DNA of 32,000 nucleotides from Candidatus Saccharimonadota bacterium. Lineage in GTDB: Bacteria; Patescibacteriota; Gracilibacteria; UBA1369; 2-02-FULL-48-14. The notes below the pieces were generated by a model. The model did not search any database. It saw only the letters and a list, made by a program, of their open reading frames with translations, and had not been told where the DNA came from. A program made the position numbers and the translations under genes. The DNA is taken from assembly GCA_965230905.1 (NCBI GenBank), contig OZ246396.1, positions 1,170,001 to 1,202,000 on the forward strand. Direction: 5' to 3'. This document shows positions 24,551 through 32,000 of this stretch, in pieces. The number at the start of each line of letters is the position of its first letter. Within the stretch, counting starts at the first letter, position 1.

Positions 24551-26197
24551 TCAGTTAAGGTTCCAAAGGTGAATAGTGGAGAAACGGTCTTTTGGCAGGA
24601 GGAGTTTGCTGAATTGAACGCCCGTGACTTTAGTATCGGCTACGTAATAATAACTGGGCGTGTAGAGGAAGATGGCGGGCACATCGGTGGTGATGGTTTC
24701 CGCCAAATCTTGCAAGAGCGCCTGTTTTTCTTCGGTGTCGAAGGTGCCACGGATGCTTTCAATCAAGAAGTCAGCTTCCGGATTTTGGTAATTGGAAAGG
24801 TTGAGTCCGGTTTCGCTGGCTTGACTGGAATGCCAGTAAGCAAAGGTGTCGAGGTTATAGCCCAAGCTTTGGCCGTAGAGGAGCATATCGTAATCACGCG
24901 TTCTGATTTTTTCTTCCAATTCCGCGAGTGAGTATTTTTCAACGGTCACTTCCACCCCAATTTCCTTCAATTGAGCCACAATAAGATCCGCGGTGGTTTG
25001 ACTCACTTCTTCCTGCAGTTCGTTTTCTTGAGCAAAGTCTCGGCGCAGCAAGCGGAGCGAATATGACGTGCCTTCTTCATTGCTACGGATGGTCTCCCCT
25101 TCCGGCAGCGTCCAACCGGAATCGAAGAGAGCGCCCTGGGCTTCGTTCAAATCGGTGTTGTGTAGCCATTCTTCCTGGTTCAATTCCAGCAAAGGGGTGT
25201 CGATGCGAACGCGGTAATCGATGGCTTGCAAAATTTCTTCCTTATCGATGGCCTTGGAAAGTCCCAGACGTTCCTTGTTCTTGGTTAAGAAAGGAGAATC
25301 CGTGTTGAGGAAGAGCGCTGTGTATTGAGGAAGTTCATACTGATAGGTCACAAGATTGTCTAAATTCATCTCGCTCAAAAGGCTTTGGCGGATGCGGGCA
25401 GCTCCATTCCACACCGAGCGGTTGTCCACTAGGTCGGAGGCGGTTGGGTACGCCACAAAACGGATGCTTTCGATGGTGGGCACGACTTCGTAGTACTGAG
25501 GAAACACGTTCAGAGTCACCGAGGTCGAGCCGTCGTCATTGATTTCGTAAGGTGAGAGTACTTGGTAAGGTCCGGTTCCCACGGGGAGTTGGTTGAAGTC
25601 GTCGGTGTCGAGCTCAGCCACGGGCACGTCCGCCAAGATGTGCTCTGGCAAAAGTCCCACGGTCAACGCGGTATAAAAGAAAGAATTGGGCGAAGAAAGT
25701 GTGAAAGTCACGGTTCGTGAGTTCACTTTTTCCACTTTCACTCCATCTAGATTGGATTTAAGAATCGGATTCTTGAAGTCGGGGCTTTGGAGCACCGTAG
25801 AGTAGGTATAGAAAATGTCGTCGGCGGTCACTTCTTCCCCATCGTGCCAAAATACGTTGTTGCGCAGAGTGAAGGTGTAAACCAACTGATCCTCGCTCAA
25901 AGTGTGCGTTGCAATGTCTTCGTCAAAATTGCCGGTGAGGGCGTTATATTTCACGAGTCCAGAGAAAATAAGGCTGGAAATGTCGGTATCGGCCTCACTG
26001 AATTCGGTGAAAACTGGGTTCAAATGGGTGATTTCGCCCACCAAGCCTTCACTGTAGGTTTTAGCCCCACCTGAGTAATTCTGGCCACTCAGGAAAAGGA
26101 TCCAAATCAAACTGGCAAAGAAAAGTCCAAGCATGAAAAGACAGAGCACCTTCTCCTTACGCGTGAAGGAACGAAGTGTCTGAGAAAGGAGGTTCAT
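24551..26197 (-). CDS. membrane-anchored ABC-type substrate-binding protein, family 5 (peptide/nickel type)
   Basis: N-terminal TM anchor (VLCLFMLGLFFASLIWILFL). GEITHLNPV, SLIFSGLVKY, YTFTLRNNVFWHDGEEVTADDI are typical of SBP_bac_5. No permease or ATPase nearby. Confidence 0.85.
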   Translation of the reverse strand: MNLLSQTLRSFTRKEKVLCLFMLGLFFASLIWILFLSGQNYSGGAKTYSEGLVGEITHLNPVFTEFSEADTDISSLIFSGLVKYNALTGNFDEDIATHTLSEDQLVYTFTLRNNVFWHDGEEVTADDIFYTYSTVLQSPDFKNPILKSNLDGVKVEKVNSRTVTFTLSSPNSFFYTALTVGLLPEHILADVPVAELDTDDFNQLPVGTGPYQVLSPYEINDDGSTSVTLNVFPQYYEVVPTIESIRFVAYPTASDLVDNRSVWNGAARIRQSLLSEMNLDNLVTYQYELPQYTALFLNTDSPFLTKNKERLGLSKAIDKEEILQAIDYRVRIDTPLLELNQEEWLHNTDLNEAQGALFDSGWTLPEGETIRSNEEGTSYSLRLLRRDFAQENELQEEVSQTTADLIVAQLKEIGVEVTVEKYSLAELEEKIRTRDYDMLLYGQSLGYNLDTFAYWHSSQASETGLNLSNYQNPEADFLIESIRGTFDTEEKQALLQDLAETITTDVPAIFLYTPSYYYVADTKVTGVQFSKLLLPKDRFSTIHLWNLN

Positions 26198-26421
26198 TAT
26201 TGAACGAAGTTAAGACTCAGTGAAAGCCCTAAAAATAGTACAATCATAAGAACGGTGAGCTGAGCGAGAACCTTTTCGGCTCCACGTTTCTTGGTTTGGA
26301 TGGTGGCTCCGCCTACTCCGGCAATGCCTTCTCCAAGTCCGCTTCCACGTTCCTGTATAAGAATAAGGAGGCTGAGGAGCAGAGATACCACTATTTGAAC
26401 GATTATGAGTGCGTTTTGCAT
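26197..26421 (-). CDS. secG: preprotein translocase subunit SecG
   Basis: 74 aa, two TM helices, LLSLLILIQERGSGLGEGIAG. The stop shares 1 nt with the next ATG (TAATG). Confidence 0.8.
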   Translation of the reverse strand: MQNALIIVQIVVSLLLSLLILIQERGSGLGEGIAGVGGATIQTKKRGAEKVLAQLTVLMIVLFLGLSLSLNFVQ

Positions 26422-26477
26422 ATAATATTGAGTGGCTACGCCACGTTATTGCCTAGCAAACCCTTCGGGTCTGCCTG

Positions 26478-26843
26478 TTATTCGTCTTTTAAGAGCCAGT
26501 GGATGAGCCAATTGGCTATTCCAAAGATAACGGCTGCCAGAGCATAGGTCAAGATGCCGTCTACCACCAAATCCACGCCCTTGAAATCCATAACCCCCAA
26601 AAGGTAGTCGGCCAGGTAGAGAATAAAGGCGTTGAGTACGATCAAAAAGAGCCCACCTGTGAGGAAAACCAGCGGGAAAGACAAAAGTTTTAAGATGGGC
26701 TTGAGGATGAAGTTGAGCACGGTGAGGATGGCCGCCACGATCACCGGGGCGATGAGACCTCCTTCAAAGGTGAATCCGTCGAGCACGTGGCTCACCAAAA
26801 ACAAAGCCAGTGCATTGGCGAGGACGGTGACGAGGATTCGCAT
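26478..26843 (-). CDS. YvlD/DUF360 (Phage_holin_4_2 superfamily) 4-TM membrane protein
   Basis: ANALALFLVSHVLDGF, LNFILKPILKLLSFPLVFLTGGLFLIVLNAFIL, IANWLIHWLL; the architecture matches YvlD-like proteins. Starts 3 nt after the ileS stop. Confidence 0.65.
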   Translation of the reverse strand: MRILVTVLANALALFLVSHVLDGFTFEGGLIAPVIVAAILTVLNFILKPILKLLSFPLVFLTGGLFLIVLNAFILYLADYLLGVMDFKGVDLVVDGILTYALAAVIFGIANWLIHWLLKDE

Positions 26844-26846
26844 GGG

Positions 26847-29800
26847 CTATTGAGTTACTTTTCTAAGTGCGATTTTAGCAGACATTGATTCGATTTCGAA
26901 ATCTTTTTCGATGTCCCATTCCAGGTCGCCGCTTTGTTGAAGTTCATCCGAGAGGGTTTCTTCCTTAATGGTGTCGGCGTGCTCGGTTATGGCCGCTTCC
27001 AATTCACCCTGCGTTTTCACGAGCAAATGGATGTGGTCGCTGACTTCGTAACCCGCTTCTTTGCGCAGATCTTGCACCGCGCGCACGATTTCACGCATGA
27101 GTCCTTCGCGGTACAGCGCTTCAGAGATTTCGAGGTCGATGGAAACCACGATTCCTTCTTCGGATTCAATGTCGACGCCTTCCTTTCCTTTATAAGCGAG
27201 TTCAACTTCACCCGGCTCCAAGATTACGCCCGCCACTTCCACACGCTGGCCCTCAAGCACTTTGAAGTTTCCAGCCTTGGCCTCTTGAATGATTTTTTGA
27301 ACGTCTTTTCCGTATTTTGGCCCGAGCACTTTAGAATTGGGGATCGCCACAAAGTCCGCGAGTTCGCCGGCATCTTTCAGCAGCTCGAGTTCTTTCACAT
27401 TGAGCTCTTCCAAGATCACGTCTTTTTGTAGGAGGATGACTTTGGGGTCCACTGCGTGCGGCAGTCCAACGATCACTTTTGCGAGAGGCTGACGAACGCG
27501 GATTTTCTTTTTTCCACGGATCGCGTGACCCAGGTTCACGATTTGGCGCGCGAGTCGCACTTCCTCATTGAGCGATTCGTTGATGAGTTGTTTGTTCGCC
27601 TTTGGCCAGTCAGAAAGATGCACGGATTCTTCGCTCGTCAGATTGCGGTAGATTTCGTCCGCTAGGAAAGGTGTGAACGGCGCGAGAAGCTTTGAGAACT
27701 GCACCAGCACGGTGTGCAGGGTTTGGTAGGCCTCCCATTTATCGGCATCGTTTTCGGATTTCCAGAAACGGCGGCGGCTGCGACGGATGTACCAATTGGA
27801 CAAATGGTCCACAAACTCAATCAGCGGCCGTGTGGCCTTGGTGAGGTTGTAGTCTTCCATGTTTTTCGTCACCTCCTCGGTGAGCGCATTGAGGTACGAA
27901 AGTATCCATTGATCGAGTTTGTGCTTGGGTTCAAAAGGGCCGCTTTGGGGAGCGAATTCATCAATGTTTGCGTAGGTCACAAAGAAGCTATAGGTATTCC
28001 ACAGCGTGAGGGTGAATTTTTTCAAAAGCTCGTCCACATGTTGTTCAGAAAAGCGCACATCTTCCGCGAGCGGCGCGGTGGATTGGTAGAGGAACATGCG
28101 CACCGTGTCCACACCCTTTTCTTCAAAAAGCAGATTGGGATCGGGATAATTTTTCTTGCGCTTGGAGAGTTTTTCGCCATCGGCGGCGAGCAAAATTCCG
28201 TTCACAATCACGTTTTTGAAAGCCGGTTCGTCGAAGAGAATCGTGGACAAAACGTGCAGCGTGTAGAACCAGCCGCGGGTTTGGTCGAGCCCTTCGGCAA
28301 TGAAGTTAGCGGGGAAGTTTTTTTCGAATTCCTCCTTGTTCTCAAAAGGATAGTGCAGCTGCGCGTAGGGCATTGCGCCAGATTCAAACCAGCAGTCGAG
28401 CACCTCGGGCACACGCTTCATTTCGCTGGAACATTTTTCACAAGAAAGCACGATTTCGTCGATATAGGGTTTATGTAGGTCGAGTTCGCCGTCACGCATG
28501 GGCAAGCGTCCGCCGCTGCGTTTTTTGAGTTCTTCGGTGGAGCCGATGCAGTCTTGGGCGCCGCAGTTTGTGCATTCCCAAATGGGCAGCGGCGTTCCCC
28601 AGAAACGGTTTCGGGAAATATTCCAGTCGCGCACATTTTCGAGCCATTTTCCAAAGCGGCCATCTTTAATGTGGTCGGGCTGCCAGTGGATTTTTTGATT
28701 GTTCTTTTGTAGACGTTCTTTGATTTCGGTCACACGAATGAACCAAGCTTTGGTCGCGTAGTTGAGCAGCGGCGTGTCACAGCGCCAGCAGTGTGGATAG
28801 CTGTGGCGTACGTTTTCTTTTTTGAAAAGCAGGCCGTTTTCTTCGAGCCAATCGGCGATATTGTTTTCCTGGCCTTTCACAAATTTGCCCGCCCACGGAG
28901 TGACTTCTTTTTCAAAGTGTCCGCTCATATTAACGTGCTGCACCACCGGAATTCCTTCTTTTACCGAAGCCTCCATATCGTCTTCTCCGTATCCACTGGC
29001 GATGTGCACGATTCCCGTTCCATCTTCAATAGTCACGAAATCGGTGGCGATCACTTTCCAAGCATTTTCAATTCCTTCGAGGCCGGAGTTCACATAATAA
29101 TCAAAGAGCGGTTCGTAGGCATGGCCTACTAGGGTCTCCCCTTTCATTTCTTTTTCTACGGTCACGGTGCCAGCTTCAAATTGTTTGTCGAGTAGAGCCT
29201 TGGCAAGAATATATTTTTTACCATCTTTGGAAACTTGCACGTAATCGATTTCGGGTCCCACGGCCAGCGCCACGTTTCCAGGAAGCGTCCAGGGTGTGGT
29301 CGTCCACGCGAGGAAATAGAGAGTGGGGTCTTCTTTGGAGCGGAACTGCGCGGTTATGGTGAGGTCGGTCACATCTTTGTACCCTTGAGATACTTCAAAA
29401 TTGGATAGCGGCGTCGAGCAACGTGGACAGATGTGCATGGACTTAAAGCCCTGGTACATCATTTTTTTATCCCAGATTTGCTTGAAAACCCACCAAATAG
29501 ATTCCATGTAATTGGCGTCCAAAGTTGCGTAGCCGTTTTCAATATCCACCCAGCGTGCGATGCGCTCAAAAAGTCCGTTCCACTGTTCGGTGTAACGGAA
29601 CACACTTTCGCGGCAGAGGGTGTTGAATTTTTCCACACCCATCGCCTCAATGTCTTTGCGCCCGCTGAGGCCGAGTTCTTTTTCAATTTCGTATTCCACG
29701 GGAAGTCCGTGCGTGTCCCAACCGTTCACTCGGGGTACGTATTTCCCGCTCATGGTTTGGTAGCGTGTCACGGCATCCTTCAAAGAAAGCGCCATGATGT

Positions 29801-29972
29801 GGCCGTAGTGAGGAAGTCCGTTCGCAAAAGGAGGTCCATCAAAAAACACAAACTTCGGCTGACCTTTGCGCTGTTCCACGCTGCGGTCAAAAATATTTTT
29901 GCGTTTCCAAAATTCAATGTGCTTGTGCTCAATTTCTGGAAGATGCGTTTTGGAATCGACGGGTCTGAACAT
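26847..29972 (-). CDS. ileS: isoleucyl-tRNA synthetase, type 2 (eukaryote-like)
   Basis: FFDGPPFANGLPHYGHI (HIGH box), CP1 editing domain, KLSKRKKNYPDP (KMSKS box). The track start at 30011 is TTG; I prefer ATG 29972 (MFRPVDSKTHLPEIEHKHIEFW). Confidence 0.95.
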   Translation of the reverse strand: MFRPVDSKTHLPEIEHKHIEFWKRKNIFDRSVEQRKGQPKFVFFDGPPFANGLPHYGHIMALSLKDAVTRYQTMSGKYVPRVNGWDTHGLPVEYEIEKELGLSGRKDIEAMGVEKFNTLCRESVFRYTEQWNGLFERIARWVDIENGYATLDANYMESIWWVFKQIWDKKMMYQGFKSMHICPRCSTPLSNFEVSQGYKDVTDLTITAQFRSKEDPTLYFLAWTTTPWTLPGNVALAVGPEIDYVQVSKDGKKYILAKALLDKQFEAGTVTVEKEMKGETLVGHAYEPLFDYYVNSGLEGIENAWKVIATDFVTIEDGTGIVHIASGYGEDDMEASVKEGIPVVQHVNMSGHFEKEVTPWAGKFVKGQENNIADWLEENGLLFKKENVRHSYPHCWRCDTPLLNYATKAWFIRVTEIKERLQKNNQKIHWQPDHIKDGRFGKWLENVRDWNISRNRFWGTPLPIWECTNCGAQDCIGSTEELKKRSGGRLPMRDGELDLHKPYIDEIVLSCEKCSSEMKRVPEVLDCWFESGAMPYAQLHYPFENKEEFEKNFPANFIAEGLDQTRGWFYTLHVLSTILFDEPAFKNVIVNGILLAADGEKLSKRKKNYPDPNLLFEEKGVDTVRMFLYQSTAPLAEDVRFSEQHVDELLKKFTLTLWNTYSFFVTYANIDEFAPQSGPFEPKHKLDQWILSYLNALTEEVTKNMEDYNLTKATRPLIEFVDHLSNWYIRRSRRRFWKSENDADKWEAYQTLHTVLVQFSKLLAPFTPFLADEIYRNLTSEESVHLSDWPKANKQLINESLNEEVRLARQIVNLGHAIRGKKKIRVRQPLAKVIVGLPHAVDPKVILLQKDVILEELNVKELELLKDAGELADFVAIPNSKVLGPKYGKDVQKIIQEAKAGNFKVLEGQRVEVAGVILEPGEVELAYKGKEGVDIESEEGIVVSIDLEISEALYREGLMREIVRAVQDLRKEAGYEVSDHIHLLVKTQGELEAAITEHADTIKEETLSDELQQSGDLEWDIEKDFEIESMSAKIALRKVTQ

Positions 29973-30050
29973 ATGTGTGGATATTCTATAAATAAAGAGG
30001 TTTGGGAGCAAGGCATTCGGCTAAATTGATTTGTCACAAGTCTTCGGGCT

Positions 30051-31403
30051 ATGTTAGCTTTTTTGCATACCCTTTTCTTCATGCGCCAAAACCCCTTCAA
30101 CCCTCAAGTCAGTCTGCTCCGTTATGAAATCCGCGAGATTGTGGATTTTGTTCAGCGCCTTCAGGACCTCAACCCCGCGCTGGTGATTGAAAATGAAAAT
30201 ATTGGAGACCCCGTTGCGAAGGGTTGGCCGATTCCGCCGTTTTTGAAGAGCCTCATGAAGGAAGAAATCGACCGCGACGGTGACAAGGTGTTTGGTTACA
30301 CACATTCACGCGGCGCCATCGATACTCGCAAATGGATAGTAAAATACTCTAAGCGGTTTTCGCCGAACGTGGACTTGGATTACGAAAATATTTTAATCAC
30401 CAGCGGGCTCGGCGCAGGGATTTCGGCGCTCTACCACATGCTGCCCAAGGGACTTCGCATCATTCAACCCAGCCCTTCGTACCCCACGCACGCGTCCATG
30501 GAATCTTTTGCGGCGGGCGCGGATGCCGTGAGCTACAAACTCGATCCGCTCAAGGAATGGCAACCCGATTTGGAGGATTTGGAGGCGCAGCTGATTGCGC
30601 ACGAGGAAGTGATTGGAATTCTGCTCATCAACCCCAACAACCCCACCGGCGCGATTTACAGTAAAGAAACCATTGAGAAAGTGGTGGCGCTTGCTGAGAA
30701 ATACAAGCTCATGATTTTTTCGGACGAGATTTATTTTCGCTTGGTTTACAACGGCGAGAGCTTTGTGCAGATCACGGAAATTGCTAAAGACCGTGTGCCG
30801 CTAGTGGTGATGCGAGGGCTTTCCAAGGATGTTCCGTGGCCAGGCGGACGTTGCGGTTGGCTCGAGTTTCACAACACTCACGTGGACGCCGACTACAAGA
30901 AATATGTTGATTCTGTAAAAAAACGTGTGCTTATGGAAGTGTGCAGCGTGAGTCTTCCCCAATTTTTATTGCCACGCATTTACGAACATCCTTCTTTTGA
31001 AACCTGGTTGGCCGCTTACAACAAGCATTTGGAAGAAAACAGTCAGGTTATTACGGAGATTTTAGGTCGTGTGAAGGGCCTACGAGTGAACCGCACGAAC
31101 GGCGCTTTTTATATGATGCCCACTTTTGAGCCGGGCCTTTTGACGGCGACGCAGACTCTGCCGATTGAGCACGAAGGCGTGCGAAAATTTGTGGAAGAAA
31201 CGGTGGCGAATCCTGATTTGCCGCTGGATAAACGCTTTGTGTATTACCTTTTGGCGAACACCGGAATTTGCAGCGTACCCGCTACTAGTTTCTTCAGTCC
31301 GCACTATGGTTTCCGCATCACAACGCTGGATTACCATCCTGAAAAACTCAAGGAGATTTACGAAAAACTGGCGAAGGCGATTGAGGCTTATTTGGCCAGC
31401 TGA
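30051..31403 (+). CDS. class I/II PLP-dependent aminotransferase (Ala/Asp aminotransferase-like)
   Basis: INPNNPTGAIY, SDEIY, and the PLP-lysine block GLSKDVPWPGGRCGW. An alternative ATG at 30081 (MRQNPF...) is equally plausible. Confidence 0.85.
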   Translation: MLAFLHTLFFMRQNPFNPQVSLLRYEIREIVDFVQRLQDLNPALVIENENIGDPVAKGWPIPPFLKSLMKEEIDRDGDKVFGYTHSRGAIDTRKWIVKYSKRFSPNVDLDYENILITSGLGAGISALYHMLPKGLRIIQPSPSYPTHASMESFAAGADAVSYKLDPLKEWQPDLEDLEAQLIAHEEVIGILLINPNNPTGAIYSKETIEKVVALAEKYKLMIFSDEIYFRLVYNGESFVQITEIAKDRVPLVVMRGLSKDVPWPGGRCGWLEFHNTHVDADYKKYVDSVKKRVLMEVCSVSLPQFLLPRIYEHPSFETWLAAYNKHLEENSQVITEILGRVKGLRVNRTNGAFYMMPTFEPGLLTATQTLPIEHEGVRKFVEETVANPDLPLDKRFVYYLLANTGICSVPATSFFSPHYGFRITTLDYHPEKLKEIYEKLAKAIEAYLAS

Positions 31404-32000
31404 TCACCCCAAGCTCTTCCGCATCACCGCGGCTTCTACGAGGTCATCTTGGAAATCGAGGCCGAGTTCTTTTTTGAGAAGGATGTTGGACGTGAGATTG
31501 CGGTGCAGGGTGTGTGCTGGCTTTTGTGGTCCGAGTTCAATCCCCAGAATTTCTTCGCAGAGGCGTACATCCTCCAAAATTTCCTGCGCCCATTTTTCGG
31601 TAGAGGCGTAGTGACGGAGGTTTTCCATATTTAAAAATTTGCCCGCGTGTTTTAGTTCGCTTCGCAGGGTGAAGAAATGTTTTTCCAGCAGTGGCAAGAG
31701 TCCGAGATTTTTTGCGGCCAAGAGTCCCCGGCCCGTTCCCACGAATTCGGGTGGGATGCCCATGGAATAACAGGAGCCAGTGAAGTTGATGGCGCGGGGT
31801 AATTTAACCTGGCCCACTCCCCTGTTGTATCCAAAAAGTCCCACGTGCTGCACGCGTTCGCGGCGGCTGGGAATGAACTTGGCCATCTCGTTGATGTGCG
31901 GCGCAAAGGCTTCCAAAGTCGGAACGTAGATGGCTTTAAAAGTATCGATTAGGGTTTTGAGTTTAGCCACTTCGTCGTCGTCGATGAGAACGGGTTCCAC
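31404..32000 (-). CDS. archaeal-type phosphoenolpyruvate carboxylase (PepcA/PEPcase_2), C-terminal 198 aa; N-terminus beyond window end
   Basis: KLPRAINFTGSCYSMGIPPEFVGTGRGL matches the ...PRAIxFTGxxYxxGxPPExxGxGRxL block I recall from PepcA. The protein ends in ...RKSLG (terminal Gly as in PEPCs). Call made from memory of the family, not from a search. Confidence 0.6.
   Translation of the reverse strand: MEPVLIDDDEVAKLKTLIDTFKAIYVPTLEAFAPHINEMAKFIPSRRERVQHVGLFGYNRGVGQVKLPRAINFTGSCYSMGIPPEFVGTGRGLLAAKNLGLLPLLEKHFFTLRSELKHAGKFLNMENLRHYASTEKWAQEILEDVRLCEEILGIELGPQKPAHTLHRNLTSNILLKKELGLDFQDDLVEAAVMRKSLG

Noticed and set aside
26422-26477. Small hairpins (GTGGC-TAC-GCCAC at 26433..26445; ACCC-TTCG-GGT at about 26461..26471) between the YvlD-like gene and secG, as terminators
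   Set aside because: The stems are only 4-6 bp with no following U-tract on the transcribed (minus) strand. The genes appear co-transcribed in a tight string.
26478-26843. A holin-superfamily protein as evidence of a prophage or lysis cassette
   Set aside because: This is the YvlD/DUF360-type housekeeping-context member. It sits 3 nt after ileS and before secG, with no endolysin, terminase, capsid or integrase genes anywhere in the window.
27714-28478. 254-aa plus-strand ORF (also 26934..27431 and 29433..30029) opposite ileS
   Set aside because: These are shadow ORFs on the antisense strand of a clearly intact IleRS. Their translations are Phe/Val/His-rich junk typical of the reverse frames of coding DNA.
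30033-30039. Recurrence of GTCACAA / TCACAA (926..932, 6760..6765, 30033..30039) and CACAA...TTGTG arms (926..940, 3277..3296) as a shared operator motif
   Set aside because: A 7-mer is expected about 4 times on two strands of 32 kb, and 7-bp-arm palindromes about 2 times. The spacing between half-sites differs at each locus, so there is no statistical support from this window alone.
29973-30050. Possible T-box leader upstream of ileS
   Set aside because: Only about 80 nt separate ileS from the divergent aminotransferase gene, which is far too short for a T-box (about 200 nt or more). No T-box sequence or terminator/antiterminator is visible.
31165-31611. 148-aa plus-strand ORF bridging the aminotransferase 3' end and the PEPC-like gene
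   Set aside because: It is out of frame with the aminotransferase and antisense to the PEPC-like ORF. Both of those have real family motifs, and this one has none.
1-32000. CRISPR arrays, tandem repeats, IS elements, or tRNA-flanked islands
   Set aside because: Reading both strands revealed no regularly spaced direct repeats, no transposase/integrase/recombinase-like ORFs and no long terminal inverted repeats. A computational repeat search would be needed to exclude short dispersed repeats.

Overview
This is a gene-dense bacterial chromosomal window with about 34 CDS and many 1-50 nt overlaps. It reads in the standard code: TAA, TAG and TGA all terminate conserved genes. Scattered housekeeping genes (recG, gatB, lepB, fmt, ssb, ribE-ribH, pgk, ruvX, rplI, secG, ileS) are interleaved with three other groups. 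These are envelope-glycan genes (a WecG/TagA-like GT, a GT2 and a Wzy_C/O-antigen-ligase-like protein), two solute-binding proteins with no transporter partners, and several proteins with no family I recognise, including a 1137-aa membrane protein. I saw no rRNA, tRNA, CRISPR array, integrase, transposase or phage structural genes. The strongest candidate for something new is a divergently transcribed Elp3 (radical-SAM/GNAT) plus Trm9-like methyltransferase pair at 6771..9050, which looks like a eukaryote/archaeon-style (m)cm5U34 tRNA wobble pathway in a bacterium. Four secondary leads are the giant membrane protein (3303..6716), a divergent squalene/phytoene-synthase-fold protein in an AT-richer block of unknowns (17642..19436), an archaeal-type PEP carboxylase next to an aminotransferase (30051..32000), and a 237-codon ORF at the left edge that the supplied ORF track misses. 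The gene content and organisation resemble reduced-genome CPR/Patescibacteria-like bacteria, but that is inference only. All family calls come from motif recognition by eye; no searches were run.
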